DNA of 64,000 bases from Nitrospirota bacterium (GCA_963796285.1 CAWCKW010000012.1:288001-352000); one strand, 5' to 3'; numbered from the stretch's first letter, positions 23,489-35,090 are shown. Numbers and translations: made by a program. The notes: generated by a model from the letters alone, not told the origin.

Positions 23489-24455
23489 ATGAGTGAGAGG
23501 GAACGACCGGTTGATGATCTGATGGGCGCAGAGCCCTTCAGCGAAGAACACGAGGATAATGAAAGCAGAGTCAAAGGAAAGCATCAGCGACTCCTCCGAC
23601 GCCGCATCCGAAACGCCGGCATCAAAGGGCCTTGATGCCATCAAGTACTATCTCAAGGAAATCCGCAAGACCCCCCTCTTAACGTTTGAGCAGGAACAGG
23701 AACTCGCCAAGAAGATCGAGAAAGGCGACCAGGATGCTCGCGCCAAAATGATCGAGGCGAATCTCCGGCTTGTTGTGGCGATTGGGAAAAAATACATCAA
23801 TCGGGGGCTGCAGTTCTCGGACATCATCGAAGAAGGCAATCTTGGCCTGATCCGGGCCGTGGAAAAGTTCCAATATCAGCGGGGTTTCAAGTTCAGCACC
23901 TACGCTTCGTGGTGGATCAAACAAGCCATCGAACGGGCGATCGTCAACCAGACAAGGACCATCCGCCTGCCTGTCCATATTGCCGAAATCGTCAATTCCT
24001 ATCTGCGCTCCATGCGACAACTTACACAGACCCTGGGACGCGATCCTCAGATAGAGGAAATCGCCAAGAAGATGAAGGTCTCCGTCGATAAGGTGCGGAG
24101 CATCTCGCAGGTGGTGCGCGAGACTTACTCTCTGGACATGCTCATCGGCGACCAGGAGGAAGACACCCTCAAAGATATCTTGCAGGACACCAATGCGTTA
24201 TCGCCGGCGAGCGCCTCAGAGGATATCCAGAGACGGGAGCACATTGATGAATGGCTTCAGCAACTTTCGGTGAGCGAACGGAAGGTCATTGAACTGCGGT
24301 TCGGACTGGGTGACGGCGAACCCAAGACCCTCGATAGCATCGGCAAGGATTTCGGTATTACTCGCGAGCGGGTGCGGCAGATCGAGACCCAGGCCCTCAA
24401 TAAGCTAAGGGTCATCACGAGGCGGAAAAAAATCGATTTGGAAGAAATGCTGTAA
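23489..24455 (+). CDS. rpoS: Sigma-70 family RNA polymerase sigma factor, RpoS-like
   Basis: Short group 2-type sigma: [50 protein letters not shown]; N-terminal frameshift. Confidence 0.75.
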
Positions 24456-24557
24456 TAAATTCTGATGTCTGAATGCAGATTACAGAGTATAAAAAAAATT
24501 AAACATTTGCAGGTACTCTTTCCGAATCTCCGCATTTCATAATTCTCATTAGAACAA

Positions 24558-24634
24558 GCCCCTGTAGCTCAGGTGGATAGAGCAGCGGTTTCCTAAACCG
24601 CGTGCCGGAAGTTCGAGTCTTCCCAGGGGCACCA
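24558..24634 (+). tRNA. tRNA-Arg (anticodon CCT)
   Basis: GCCCCTG acceptor stem, GCGGT-TTCCTAA-ACCGC anticodon arm, GTTCGAGTC T loop, CCA. Confidence 0.97.
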
Positions 24635-24894
24635 TTCTTTTTCAATGACGTACGGTCAGGAGGCGGCTTTAGATTACATTCCGTAATCGATGGAATACCC
24701 TGAAAATACCCCATTATTTTTCTTGACAATAAATTAAAAACTTGTAAACTAATTATGTCAATCTATAGTATTAACTTCCATCTGTACAAGAAACAGTATC
24801 ATTTTGAGCCAATGCAGTAGATGACTGTTTTTTTGATTTGAACGCAAACCTGGTTTTTGTGCATAACAATTATAAACTGAGGAGGAACGGTTAT

Positions 24895-27261
24895 ATGAAA
24901 AATGACATTCTACGGCGGTTAAAGAAGAGCAACTTGTTAATTTATAGAAACTTTGCTTTGTTAACTGCGAAACTGGGGTTAGCTTTGGCGCTTGTGGCTT
25001 TCGCTGGTTGTGGCGGTAGCGGTGGAGACGGAGGCATAGCAGGGAGCGGACTTTATACTGTATCCGGTACGGTGAGCGGGCTCGTCGGCACAGTCATACT
25101 CCAGGATAATGGGGCAGATAATTTGAGTGTATCCGCAAACGGGGCATTCACGTTCGCGACAGGGATTGCCGACGGAGCGTCGTACATCGTCACGGTCAAG
25201 ACCCAGCCGTCGGGCCAGATCTGCACGGCAAGTAACAATACCGGCACGATCGCGGGAGCGAACGTGACGAACGTCTCGGTTGTTTGCGCTGTAAATACTT
25301 ATACGGTAGGCGGTACGGTGAGCGGGCTGACCGGCACGGTCGTACTTCAGGACAATGGTGCAGATGATTTGAGTATATCCGCAGACGGGATATTCACGTT
25401 CGCGACAAAGGTTGCCGAGGGAGCGGGGTACAACGTCACGGTCAAGACCCAGCCGTCGGGCCAGACCTGCACGGCAAGCAGCAATACCGGCACGATCGCG
25501 GGAGCGAACGTGACGAATGTCTCGGTTGTTTGTGCTACAAATACTTATACGGTAGGCGGTACGGTGAGCGGACTAACCGGCACAGTCGTACTCCAGGACA
25601 ATGGGACAAATGATTTGAGTATATCCTCAATCGGGACATTCACGTTCTCGACAAAGATTGCCGACGGAGCGGGGTACAACGTCACGGTCAAGACCCAGCC
25701 GTCGGGCCAGACCTGCACGGCAAGCAGCAATACCGGCACGATCGCGGGAGCGAACGTGACGAATGTCTCGGTTGTTTGTGCTGTAAATACTTACTCGGTA
25801 GGCGGTACGGTGAGCGGGCTAACCGGCACAGTCGTACTCCAGGACAATGGGGCAGATGATTTGAGTATATCCTCAAACGGGACATTCACGTTCTCGACAA
25901 AGCTTGTCGACGGAGCGGGGTACAACGTCACGGTCAAGACCCAGCCGTCGGGCCAGAACTGCATAGCAAGCAGCAATACCGGCACGATCGCGGGAGCGAA
26001 CGTGACGAATGTCTCGGTTGTTTGCGCATCATGGACAGGGACAAAACAGCTCGGCGTGTCAGCGGGAGATACACGAGCCTACGGCGTTGCCGTGGATTCA
26101 AGTGGCAATGTGTACGTGGCTGGCTGTACAGACGGCGGGCTGGACGGCAACACCCTTACGGGCACTACGGACTTTTTCGTCACCATGTACGATTCAGCGG
26201 GGAACAAGGTGCGAACAAAACAGCTCGGCGTGTCAGGGGAAGATACAGAAGCCTACGGCGTTGCCGTGGATTCATTGGGCAATGTGTACGTGGCTGGCTT
26301 GACAACCGGCGGGCTGGACGGCAACACCCTTACGGGCACTACGGACTTTTTCGTCACCATGTACGATTCAGCGGGGAACAAGGTGCGAACAAGACAGCTC
26401 GGCGTGTCAGGGGGAGATACACGTAGCCCATGGCGTTGCCGTGGATTCAATTGGGCAATGTGTACGTGGCTGGCTATACAGACGGCGGGCTGGACGGCAA
26501 CACCCTTACGGGCACTGAATGACTTTTTCGTCACCATGTACGATTCATCGGGGAACAAGGTGCGAACAAAACAGCTTGGCGTGTCAGGGCAACATACACG
26601 AAGCCTACGGCGTTGCCGTGGATTCAAGTCGGCAATGTGTACGTGGCTGGCTACACAACCGGCGGGCTGGACGGCAACACCCTTACGGGCCTAATGACTT
26701 TTTCGTCACCATGTACGATTCATCGGGGAACAAGGTGCGAACAAAACAGCTTGGCGTGTCAGGGGAGATACAGAAGCCTACGGCGTTGCCGTGGATTCAA
26801 GTGGGCAATGTGTACGTGGCTGGCTGCACAGACGGCGGGCTGGACGGCAACACCCTTACGGGCCTAAGGACTTTTTCGTCACCACGTACGATTCAGCGGG
26901 GAACAAGGTGCGAACAAAACAGCTTGGCGTGTCAGGGGAAGATACAGAAGCCTACGGCGTTGCCGTGGATTCAAGTGGCAATGTGTACGTGGCTGGCTTC
27001 ACAACCGGCGGGCTGGACGGCAACACCCTTACGGGCACGAATGACTTTTTCGTCACCACGTACGATTCAGCGGGGAACAAGGTGCGAACAAAACAGCTTG
27101 GCGTGTCAGGGGGAGATACAGAAGCCTACGGCGTTGCCGTGGATTCAAGTCGCAATGTGTACGTGGCTGGCTGCACAACCGGCGGGCTGGACGGCAACAC
27201 CCTTGCGGGCGTGTATGACTTTTTCGTCACCATGTACGATTCATCAGGGAACAAACAGTGA
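24895..27261 (+). CDS. Surface lipoprotein: 4 Ig-like repeats + 7-bladed SBBP beta-propeller (frameshifts inside the repeats)
   Basis: RBS GGAGG; lipobox FAGC; 82-aa YTVGGTVSGL repeats; 58-aa AYGVAVDSSGNVYVAG repeats. Confidence 0.85.
25054..26030 (+). repeat. Four tandem 246-bp coding repeats (Ig-like domains)
   Basis: Units begin at about 25054, 25300, 25546 and 25792 with near-identical DNA. Confidence 0.92.
26041..27261 (+). repeat. Seven tandem ~174-bp coding repeats (propeller blades)
   Basis: Units begin at 26041, 26215, 26389, 26566, 26741, 26914 and 27088. Confidence 0.93.
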
Positions 27262-27276
27262 GTCAATGAATGAAAA

Positions 27277-27354
27277 CCCCTCACCTTGCCCTATTCCGCA
27301 AACTCAGGGCATCCTCTCCACTCCGGGAAAGGATAAAGGTGAGGGGAGTTTTTT
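27277..27354 (+). terminator. Hairpin / REP-like terminator after the propeller gene
   Basis: CCCCTCACCTT ... AAGGTGAGGGG followed by a T tract. Confidence 0.5.
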
Positions 27355-27890
27355 GCGCTGGTTCGATCTTGTAGATTGAACCAAAACGGGATGTCAAGGT
27401 GATAGTGGTGAAGTCTTTATTTCTCTTGCTTTTCAAGAGCAGATACTTTTTACCTTTTTAGATATAGTTATAGAATCAAAGAATGGAGAGTATCGCACAA
27501 CCTCCCCGGCCTGTAGTGACCCGCACTCGTGCTCTACTATAGCAAAGCTACAGGTCCGGGTGCCTGTCAGCAACCGGACTCAGAGGGCGACCGAAGTCGA
27601 TCTCGCCTCCTTTCGTGGCATATTTGCGGATGTTGTCGAATTTCGCACCCTTTTTAGCCTAAAAGTGTATATCCTTGCAAACCCAACCATGTTGTCCCAC
27701 ACATCCATCATAACCAGCCGCATAACATCACCAGGCACTCTTGACATGAGAAAATATTAGTGTATAACTCCGCGCTTTTGCGTTTCGAGGGCACGCGCCG
27801 AGAACACGCCGTACCGATCTTTCCTATTCCAATACCGGCTTCCGAAAACCTACCGTTTAATATTGTGCACCCATTTCATGAATATTTTGT

Positions 27891-28124
27891 CTACAGCTTC
27901 CGGATGGATTTATCCTTAAACGTAAGGTGACCGTGCCAGACCCAGCCCAATTCCGGACGTATTATCAGCATGCCCGCGTAGTCTCGCCCGGTCTGTATCG
28001 GCTCCCAGTACGGACGTGGAACAACCTTCATCCTACCTGATAGCATGCGCTCATTAAAGTTCACGTTAATTTCACGTTCACTCAACAGCCTCACAATTTC
28101 GCCGGTGTCTGCTTCATGGGCCAC
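27891..28124 (-). CDS. Hypothetical protein (possibly longer at the 5' end across a frameshift)
   Basis: 77-aa ORF with protein-like composition; no family recognised. Confidence 0.4.
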   Translation of the reverse strand: MAHEADTGEIVRLLSEREINVNFNERMLSGRMKVVPRPYWEPIQTGRDYAGMLIIRPELGWVWHGHLTFKDKSIRKL

Positions 28125-28815
28125 TATGACGACATGTTCCGATAGACTTTCGGGGTATTCGCGAGCGCATCCTCAGGTATGATTTCGTGGCTGCGACCTT
28201 AGATCACCTATGGTCAATGCCTCCACACTGTGTGAAGAACGGAGTTAATTTACTTTAGCTCTGTGAATGTTCATAGATTATTGACTGGGTAGATGCGTTG
28301 TGGTAGTGTGATGCGTTTACAATGGGCATTTAAGGCTGAAGTGGTACTGCTCATACAGGCCATCTGTCGAGATTATTTACATTGTGTCCATTAAGGTATC
28401 CATAGTAGGGAGACTTTAATTTGATTTCCCGTTACCTGCAACTACCACGAACAGTAACGGGTGCGTTGTAATCGTTTTAATAACAAGCACTTAAATAATT
28501 TAAGTATTTGCCCGAAAAAAGCTATTTTTCATCAGGCCGATATCTAAACCAAAGAGCGCAGAAGGGATGCGGCCAGCCACAGATGTACTTTCTCCATGTA
28601 TTCAATTAATTATCTATTAGCTCTTTGATAAATATTGACATTATGACGGATAAAATGGTGATAATATTATTTAATTTAAAAATGTTACCATCCAAACTAC
28701 ACCTATTGTCAATTTTAAAAAGTAATTGCAAATATATATTGTCGGTTTTTCTTACGTTAAAATAAATTTTCAATAATAAAGATATAATAATATATAAATT
28801 CAATATGTTAATCAT

Positions 28816-28831
28816 TGGCATAGATTCTGCT
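28816..28831 (+). promoter_or_regulatory. Sigma54 (-24/-12) promoter upstream of the PEP-CTERM gene
   Basis: TGGCATAGATTCTGCT (GG-N10-GC), with an enhancer-like TGTCGG-N5-CTTACG site at 28740. Confidence 0.65.
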
Positions 28832-29065
28832 ATAATACTAATGCAGTATTATAAATTATGTAATTTATTTAGTGGATCTTTAAGGAAAAGATGTTCAGAA
28901 CTATCTCTACCATCAACTTCCGGTACCGATTAACCAAGATGCTTCTTTGATTTGCAGGCCTGAATGGCATAGCTGGCTTAAGGAGAGTCACAAAGAAGTA
29001 ATAATATTTTATCTTACGAGATGTGTTGGATTATTAGATTAATAATGATAGGCAAAAGAGGGAAC

Positions 29066-29236
29066 ATGAAAAAAAATAAATGGGTAGGGGTGCTTATAGT
29101 CATGAGTATCCCTTCTTTAGCATTAGCTAGCATGGGTTCCGATCCAGTTCCTGAACCAACATCAATGCTTTTTTTTGGCGCAGGTCTTATTGGTATAGCG
29201 ATCATGAGAAAAAAATATAAGGCTAAGAGTGATTAA
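29066..29236 (+). CDS. Minimal PEP-CTERM sorting-domain protein (56 aa)
   Basis: Signal peptide, then VPEPTSMLFFGAGLIGIAIM and a basic RKKYK tail. Confidence 0.85.
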   Translation: MKKNKWVGVLIVMSIPSLALASMGSDPVPEPTSMLFFGAGLIGIAIMRKKYKAKSD

Positions 29237-29241
29237 AAAAG

Positions 29242-29286
29242 CCAAAAAATAGGGATGTTCTTATGAAGAACATCCCTATTTTTTGG
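29242..29286. terminator. Perfect 21-bp inverted repeat, bidirectional terminator
   Basis: CCAAAAAATAGGGATGTTCTT-atg-AAGAACATCCCTATTTTTTGG. Confidence 0.85.
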
Positions 29287-29668
29287 TGCTCATTCCTTGT
29301 CACATAAATGAACGTAAATAAGTAAACTGTCAGGTCTAAAAGATAATTGTAGCCACTACATATAGATATTAAATTTCTTGACGCACAATATGTATTGTGT
29401 TAATAATAAAGCAATAAAAAATGATTGTTGCTAATTAATAAAAAAAAGACTTTGATAGAGGAATGAAGGCATAAAATGCAGAGTGTTATCCTTATTATAT
29501 AGTGAGCGTATAATGTTTTTTTTTGATTCGAATCCCATGCACTGCTTCGCACGCGCTCATCGAAATCGGTATGCGTTTACTGCAGAATTTGACATGGTTT
29601 CCCTTTCTCATTTAGGGTTTAAAAAATGTTCTTCAACGACGGATACGCAGTACGTCGGAGGCACAGAG

Positions 29669-31699
29669 TTGAACGCGATTACCGGAGAACACCTGAAAGA
29701 TCTCTTCGCGACTGAGACATGGCAGGACCAATTTACAGCCCTTTCCGATAGCCTTGGATTTTCTCTAAGCATCTATTCGCAGACTGGAACGAAGCTCTTC
29801 GCTCCGATTACGCGCTCATCCTCTCTGTCAGGGGTTTCGCTCGTCTTCCTCCGAATTCAACGTCGCAGTGTGAATCTTATTGTCATCCCTTCATGATGAA
29901 CACGATCTCGAAGGGAAAACCCGATGTCTATAAATGTTATGCAAAGATCATGACCTTCGCCCTCCCGATCGAATACATGGATGAACGCGCAGTGGTCTTG
30001 GGACAGGGTTCATTCTCTTCTTACGAGGATTTTCGTGAATGCATGAATCTTCTGAGTGCCATCGGTCTTGACACGATTTCCATAACAACGCCGCTCACGT
30101 TTACCAGCGTCGAACATACCTGGAAGGTTATCGGGTTTAGTCGCTGACTCCGTGGGCCGACTTCTCAAAAACGCCCAGGAAACCGTTACTCTCAGGAGGA
30201 AGATCGAGAGCCTGAAAAGTATTATCGGGAAGTGGGGTTCTTCGGCAGAGGAACGATCTGAAACGCTTTATAAAGAGATGATAGACAAACTGTCCTCACT
30301 GCTCGACATCGATGGCATTGCCATTCTTGTCTTTGACCGAAAACAGAAAAGCTATTTGAGCCTCTACAGTCTGTCGAGAAGCAGCGGTCCGTCCGAGACC
30401 ATCTCTATCAGCGAGCATGATACCATCGTGCAGGATCTTGCCAGCGGCAAACCGTTTGTTCTTTCAGCTGAACCCGTAGAAGATCCCAGGGCTGATTTCC
30501 TGAACGGAATGGGGGCCCTTTATTTTTTCCCCATCATGGTTTTCAAAAAATTGGAAGGGATCCTGCGGATAACCGACCGGGTTCTCAAAGAGAGTGATAA
30601 ACAGATCCTCATGGCATACTGCCAGCAGACCGCTCTCTCCATAGAGAACCAGCGTTTGCACCAGGACCTCGATAAAAAATTTGACCGGTTTGCCGCGAGT
30701 TTCGGAACTGACAAAGACAATGACGCACATTCGGGATTATGAAACACTGCTCCAGACGATCCTTGATAAATCCGCAGATCTGCTCAAGGCCGAGCAGGGG
30801 TCTCTCATGCTGGTGGACCACGAGACCGATGAACCTGCTCGTGGAGGCAAAAAAGGGAAACATCGAAGAGGTGACGGAAAAACTCAGGATCAATCGGGGC
30901 GAAGGCATAGCCGGCAGGGTGGCGGAACTCGGCGAGGCCATCCTTGTCGAGAACCTTGAAGATGATCCGAGAGTGATGCAAAAAAACAGGCAGCATTATA
31001 AAACACGATCATTTGTCAGCGTACCGCTCAAGATCGATGATCGTATCATTGGCGTGCTCAACCTGTCGGACAAGATGTCCGGCGAGGTGTTTGATGAGGA
31101 AGACCTGAAACTCATCCAGTCTTTTGCGACCCATGCCGCCATTGTCATGGAGCGGAATGTTTTCTATCATAGATCGGAGGAGCTTAAAAAGCTGACAATA
31201 ACCGATTCCCTGACTGGTCTTCTGAACCGGAGATACCTGTATGAGACGGCTGAAGGATGAAGTGGCCCGGTCCGAACGATATAGCCACCACCTCAGCCTT
31301 CTCATGCTGGATCTGGACGGATTCAAATATTGCAATGACACGTTCGGGCATTTTTTGGCGACAAGATGCTCAAAGACATAGCGGAAGCATTACAAAACAC
31401 GGTGCGGTCCATGGATATTGTGGCGCGGTACGGAGGAGATGAATTCATGGTGATCCTTCCCGAGACCGCCGAAGCTTTGGCGATCGATATCGCGGAACGA
31501 TTGCGGAGCAATGTGGCAGTAGAAGGCGGTGCTTCCTCAGGAAGCAGCGGATAAGGGACCACATCCGCTTACGGCCAGTATCGGCATTGTCTGTTATCCC
31601 GACCACGGGAAAACGATTGAACTCCTGCTCGAGAACGTTGACAAGGCATTGTACCGCGCCAAGAACAAGGGAAAGAACAGGATCGAGGTGTTCTCATAA
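29669..31699 (+). CDS. PocR-like sensor + 2 GAF + GGDEF diguanylate cyclase (multiple frameshifts)
   Basis: N-terminal WQDQF..YKCYAKIMTFALPI; GAF GEGIAGRVA..SFVSVPL; TDSLTGLLNRRY; RSMD I-site; RYGGDEF; ALYRAKNKGKNR. Confidence 0.85.
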
Positions 31700-31700
31700 G

Positions 31701-33375
31701 ATGCCATTCAGTTCACTCCAGAAAAAGGATTTTTTCGGAAGACAGGTAGAGCTGGCCAGCCTCTACAAGAGGGTCCTCCAGGCGGACAGTGGTCAGGCGC
31801 AAAGCATTGTTCTGTCCGGACGCCGCGGCATCGGGAAAACAGAGCTGCTCAAACATCTTTTCGGCCAGCTATTCTTAATCAGGACCGAGCAGTTCCTTTC
31901 CTGTATGCAGTCAATCCTGCGCTGTTGTCTGTAACTGCCTTTTCCAAAATCCTATCTGAGCCAGTTTATTTGCCAGAGACTCGCCTTTGAAAAAAAAGAC
32001 CAATCCTTGCTTTATCGTGACGGGATCACGATCGATGGTCTGTCCACTCTTGCTGAGGAGCTGGAGGCCCTCTGGGCAAAGGAGATCCTTGACCAGTATA
32101 TGCAATGTTCCGGTGATCCCCTGGATGCGCTCCGTATTGCGCTTGCTGGCTCCGCACCGTTCGACGCTTTCTACCGGGATGCCGGTTGCCGTTCTGATCG
32201 ATGATTTTCATTGGATGAAGGGTCTTCATCTTGAAGGTGTCCCTGATCACCGGCTGGCGTCACTTTTTCAAGAGCCGATGTCTCACAGAAAAACGCCCCA
32301 TGTGATCACGGGGAACATGGCCGAGCTCCAGGAGATGGCCGTGGTGAGCGGTCTTGAGCGGATACCGGTCCCTCCGCTTGGATCCGAGGCGGCCTCGTCG
32401 ATGGTCCTTGCTCTCCTGAATGCACAAGAGGCGGAGGGCAACGTGCCTCCACTTCTATTGCGTCATCTTGGCGGAAACCCGTATTACCTCGGTCGCATCG
32501 TCACCAGGGCGTGCGCAAAGAACAATCCAGATGATAAGGATTTTTGGAATGCCTATATTCAGGAGATCATGGAAGGAGCACTTGCCCTCTCGTGGTTGAC
32601 GGTCCTGAAGAGCTATTTCCCTGACCTGGGGCAGAGGAGAACTGCCCTCGACAATAATCTCTAAAATCTATCATACTACCGAGGCCCTGTCCTGCCAGCG
32701 GATCGCGAAGGTTTTTGCGTTGACTGACGGCGAGGCGCATGGTATTCTTAATGCGCTGTATCTTGCTGGTTTTATTCGCGGAGAGTTTGGCAGCTTCAGG
32801 CCAATGGACGACCGGGTGTTGCGGGACATCGTTGATGCTCTCTCCATGAGGGAGATCCTGTCGAAGTCCCCTCATGACCTGGAAATGCACTTTCTTGAAG
32901 CGCTGTTACCGCAAAAGGGACAGGTTGTCCGCTTTGACATGACACTCCCGATGGCCAGAGAGGCGGAGCTCATTGTTGCCCAGAGTCTTGAGCAGATCGG
33001 CAAAAATCTTAATCTCAACCAGGATGCCATCGGTCAACTGCAAATAGCTGTTATCGAGGCTTGTATCAACGCCATTGAACACGGCAGGGGGATGGATGAT
33101 AAGATCTATGTCAGCGTTGCGGTTGATGGGGACCAGACTGGAGGTTTCGGTCGAAAGTGCCGGACAGGAGTTCATCATCCAGGAAACGGGAGAACCTTAC
33201 CGGGACCAGGAAGCTGAGAAAAAAGCAGGAAGAGGATGGGGGATAAAATTAATGAAACGCTTTGTGGATCACGTCAGGTTTGAAAAAACACACATACGGC
33301 ACAAAAATAGTGCTCGTCAAAAAGATCGAAAAGTCTGCAGGCATTCACAAGGAGGATACGGCAAACCATGAGTAA
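31701..33375 (+). CDS. P-loop ATPase (archaeal-ATPase/STAND-like) fused to an RsbW-like Ser/Thr kinase (HATPase_c), frameshifted
   Basis: FFGRQVEL, GRRGIGKT, LIDDF, GGNPYY; C-terminal EACINAIEHG and GRGWGIKLMKRFVD. Confidence 0.75.
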
Positions 33376-33722
33376 TTTTACTTTGTCATCCAGATCAGAA
33401 CAGGACATAGCCGTCATGATGCCAAAAGGGTACATCAATACCATCGGTGCAGAACGAACTCGAATCGACGAGTGAAGAGTTTATTGGCCATGGATCGAAA
33501 AAGCTTGTTGTTAATTTTTCCGATGTTAAATTTATCAACACCATCGGGCTTTCCATTTTTTTAAGCATGGTGCAGAATATGCTGGAATCCAACAGCCTGC
33601 TTTGTTTCACGAATATGAAGAAGGACCATCGAGAGATGTTCGAGATGGCGGGATTGATAAAACATGTTAGGGTGTTTAAGGATGAAAAGGATGCCTTCAA
33701 TTATTTGAACGGAAGAAGTTAA
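33368..33722 (+). CDS. STAS-domain anti-anti-sigma factor (RsbV/SpoIIAA-like)
   Basis: KLVVNFSDVKFINTIGLS and EMFEMAGL; one frameshift. Confidence 0.85.
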
Positions 33723-33723
33723 G

Positions 33724-35090
33724 ATGTCGAACAGTAAGTTTCAGCTCAAGCGCTTGATGTTCAGCATTGCTTCGCTGGTCGATCTGGGACAGGAGGCAAC
33801 GTCCTCCAAGGACCTGTCGGCAAAAATGAAATCCGCACTCTATGTCATTACCGGTACGTTTTCCGTGCCGAGGGCAGCCCTATTTGTTTACCATCCCAGG
33901 CAGAGAAGTCTGGAACTTCTTGCTGGTAAGGGATATAAAGAGAGTGCCTGCCTGCAGATTAAATTATCTGTTCTGCCGCAGCATATTAAGCATTTTCATG
34001 TGAACGAGCCGCATTCCATTCATGAGATGGCCGGGGGCTCTTTTTACGAACGGAATGATCAGGTGTTTTCGAAGTTGCAGACAAGGCTCTTCATCCCGCT
34101 CTTTGCCAAAGATGAGTTTGTCGGTGCTATTGCGCTCGGCAAGAAACTCGGCCGGGAATCCTTCCGTCAGAACGAAAAAGATGTTCTCCGGGTCGTAGCG
34201 CACCAAATGGCGATAACGCTGTATAATGTGACACTTTTCGGGGAACTTACCAAGAAGGCCGCGGAAAACAAGAAACTCTATGAAAGCATGCGCCGCATTT
34301 ACCATGACACCATCCAGGCATTTTCCGCAGCCATCGACGCCAAGGATGGGTATACCAAAAGACCATTCCTATCGTGTGGCATGTTATGCCGTCGCTATTG
34401 CACGGGAGCTCGGATGGAAGAAGAAGGATGTTGAGGGCCTTTATGTCGCCGGTCTGCTCCACGATATCGGGAAGATCATCATTGACACCAAGGTCATTAA
34501 AAAGGGAGAAGGGCTTACGACCCTTGAAAAAAAGGAAATAAATAAACATCCGCAGATATCATACGATATCCTTTCAAAGATCAAGTTCCCCTGGAAGAAT
34601 ATTGAACGGTTTGTGCTGCATCATCATGAGCGGCTTGATGGAAAAGGATATCCAGATGCGCTCCGGTCAACGGAACTGAGCGACGGTGAAAAGATCCTTG
34701 CACTCGTCGATGCCTTTGATGCGATGACCACGGACCGGCCGTATCGGGACAAATTGGGGCTCGATGAAGCATTCCAGTGAAGTAATAAAATGTGGCGGAA
34801 CTCAATTTGATGAGCAGATAACGAGTACTTTTTTCAATTTACTGCTTCGAGAATTGAGCGGTGAGGTTAAAGATCTGCAGATACTCCCGCACTTGCGCAG
34901 CAACGAAACAGATCCGTCGCCACGGAACTGGGGTTGGGTCCAAGCGTCTGGCTCTACCGGCGGTTCTTGCAGGGATAAACGCGAAAGTCCAGATCCGCTA
35001 TTCTCCCGGCGCGAATCGGAGGGAGAAGATAGTGGAAAGCAGCCTCGAGGATCATGGACCAAGCCCCTGTATGTGACTAGACACAAATAG
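33724..35090 (+). CDS. GAF + HD-GYP c-di-GMP phosphodiesterase (frameshifts; C-terminus uncertain)
   Basis: HSYRVA, LLHDIGKI, HHHERLDGKGYP, DAFDAMTTDRPYR. Confidence 0.88.

Noticed and set aside
26041-27261. CRISPR array or diversity-generating retroelement
   Set aside because: The units are 174-bp coding repeats without unique spacers; there is no cas gene, RT or template repeat in the window, and the variation is not limited to adenine positions.
27538-27590. c-di-GMP-I (GEMM) riboswitch suggested by GCAAAGCTACAGG
   Set aside because: The upstream GGCAAAC-GNRA hairpin and the matching 3' pairing strand are missing.
24558-29300. Integrative island at tRNA-Arg
   Set aside because: No integrase was seen and no direct repeat of the tRNA 3' end was found in the window.
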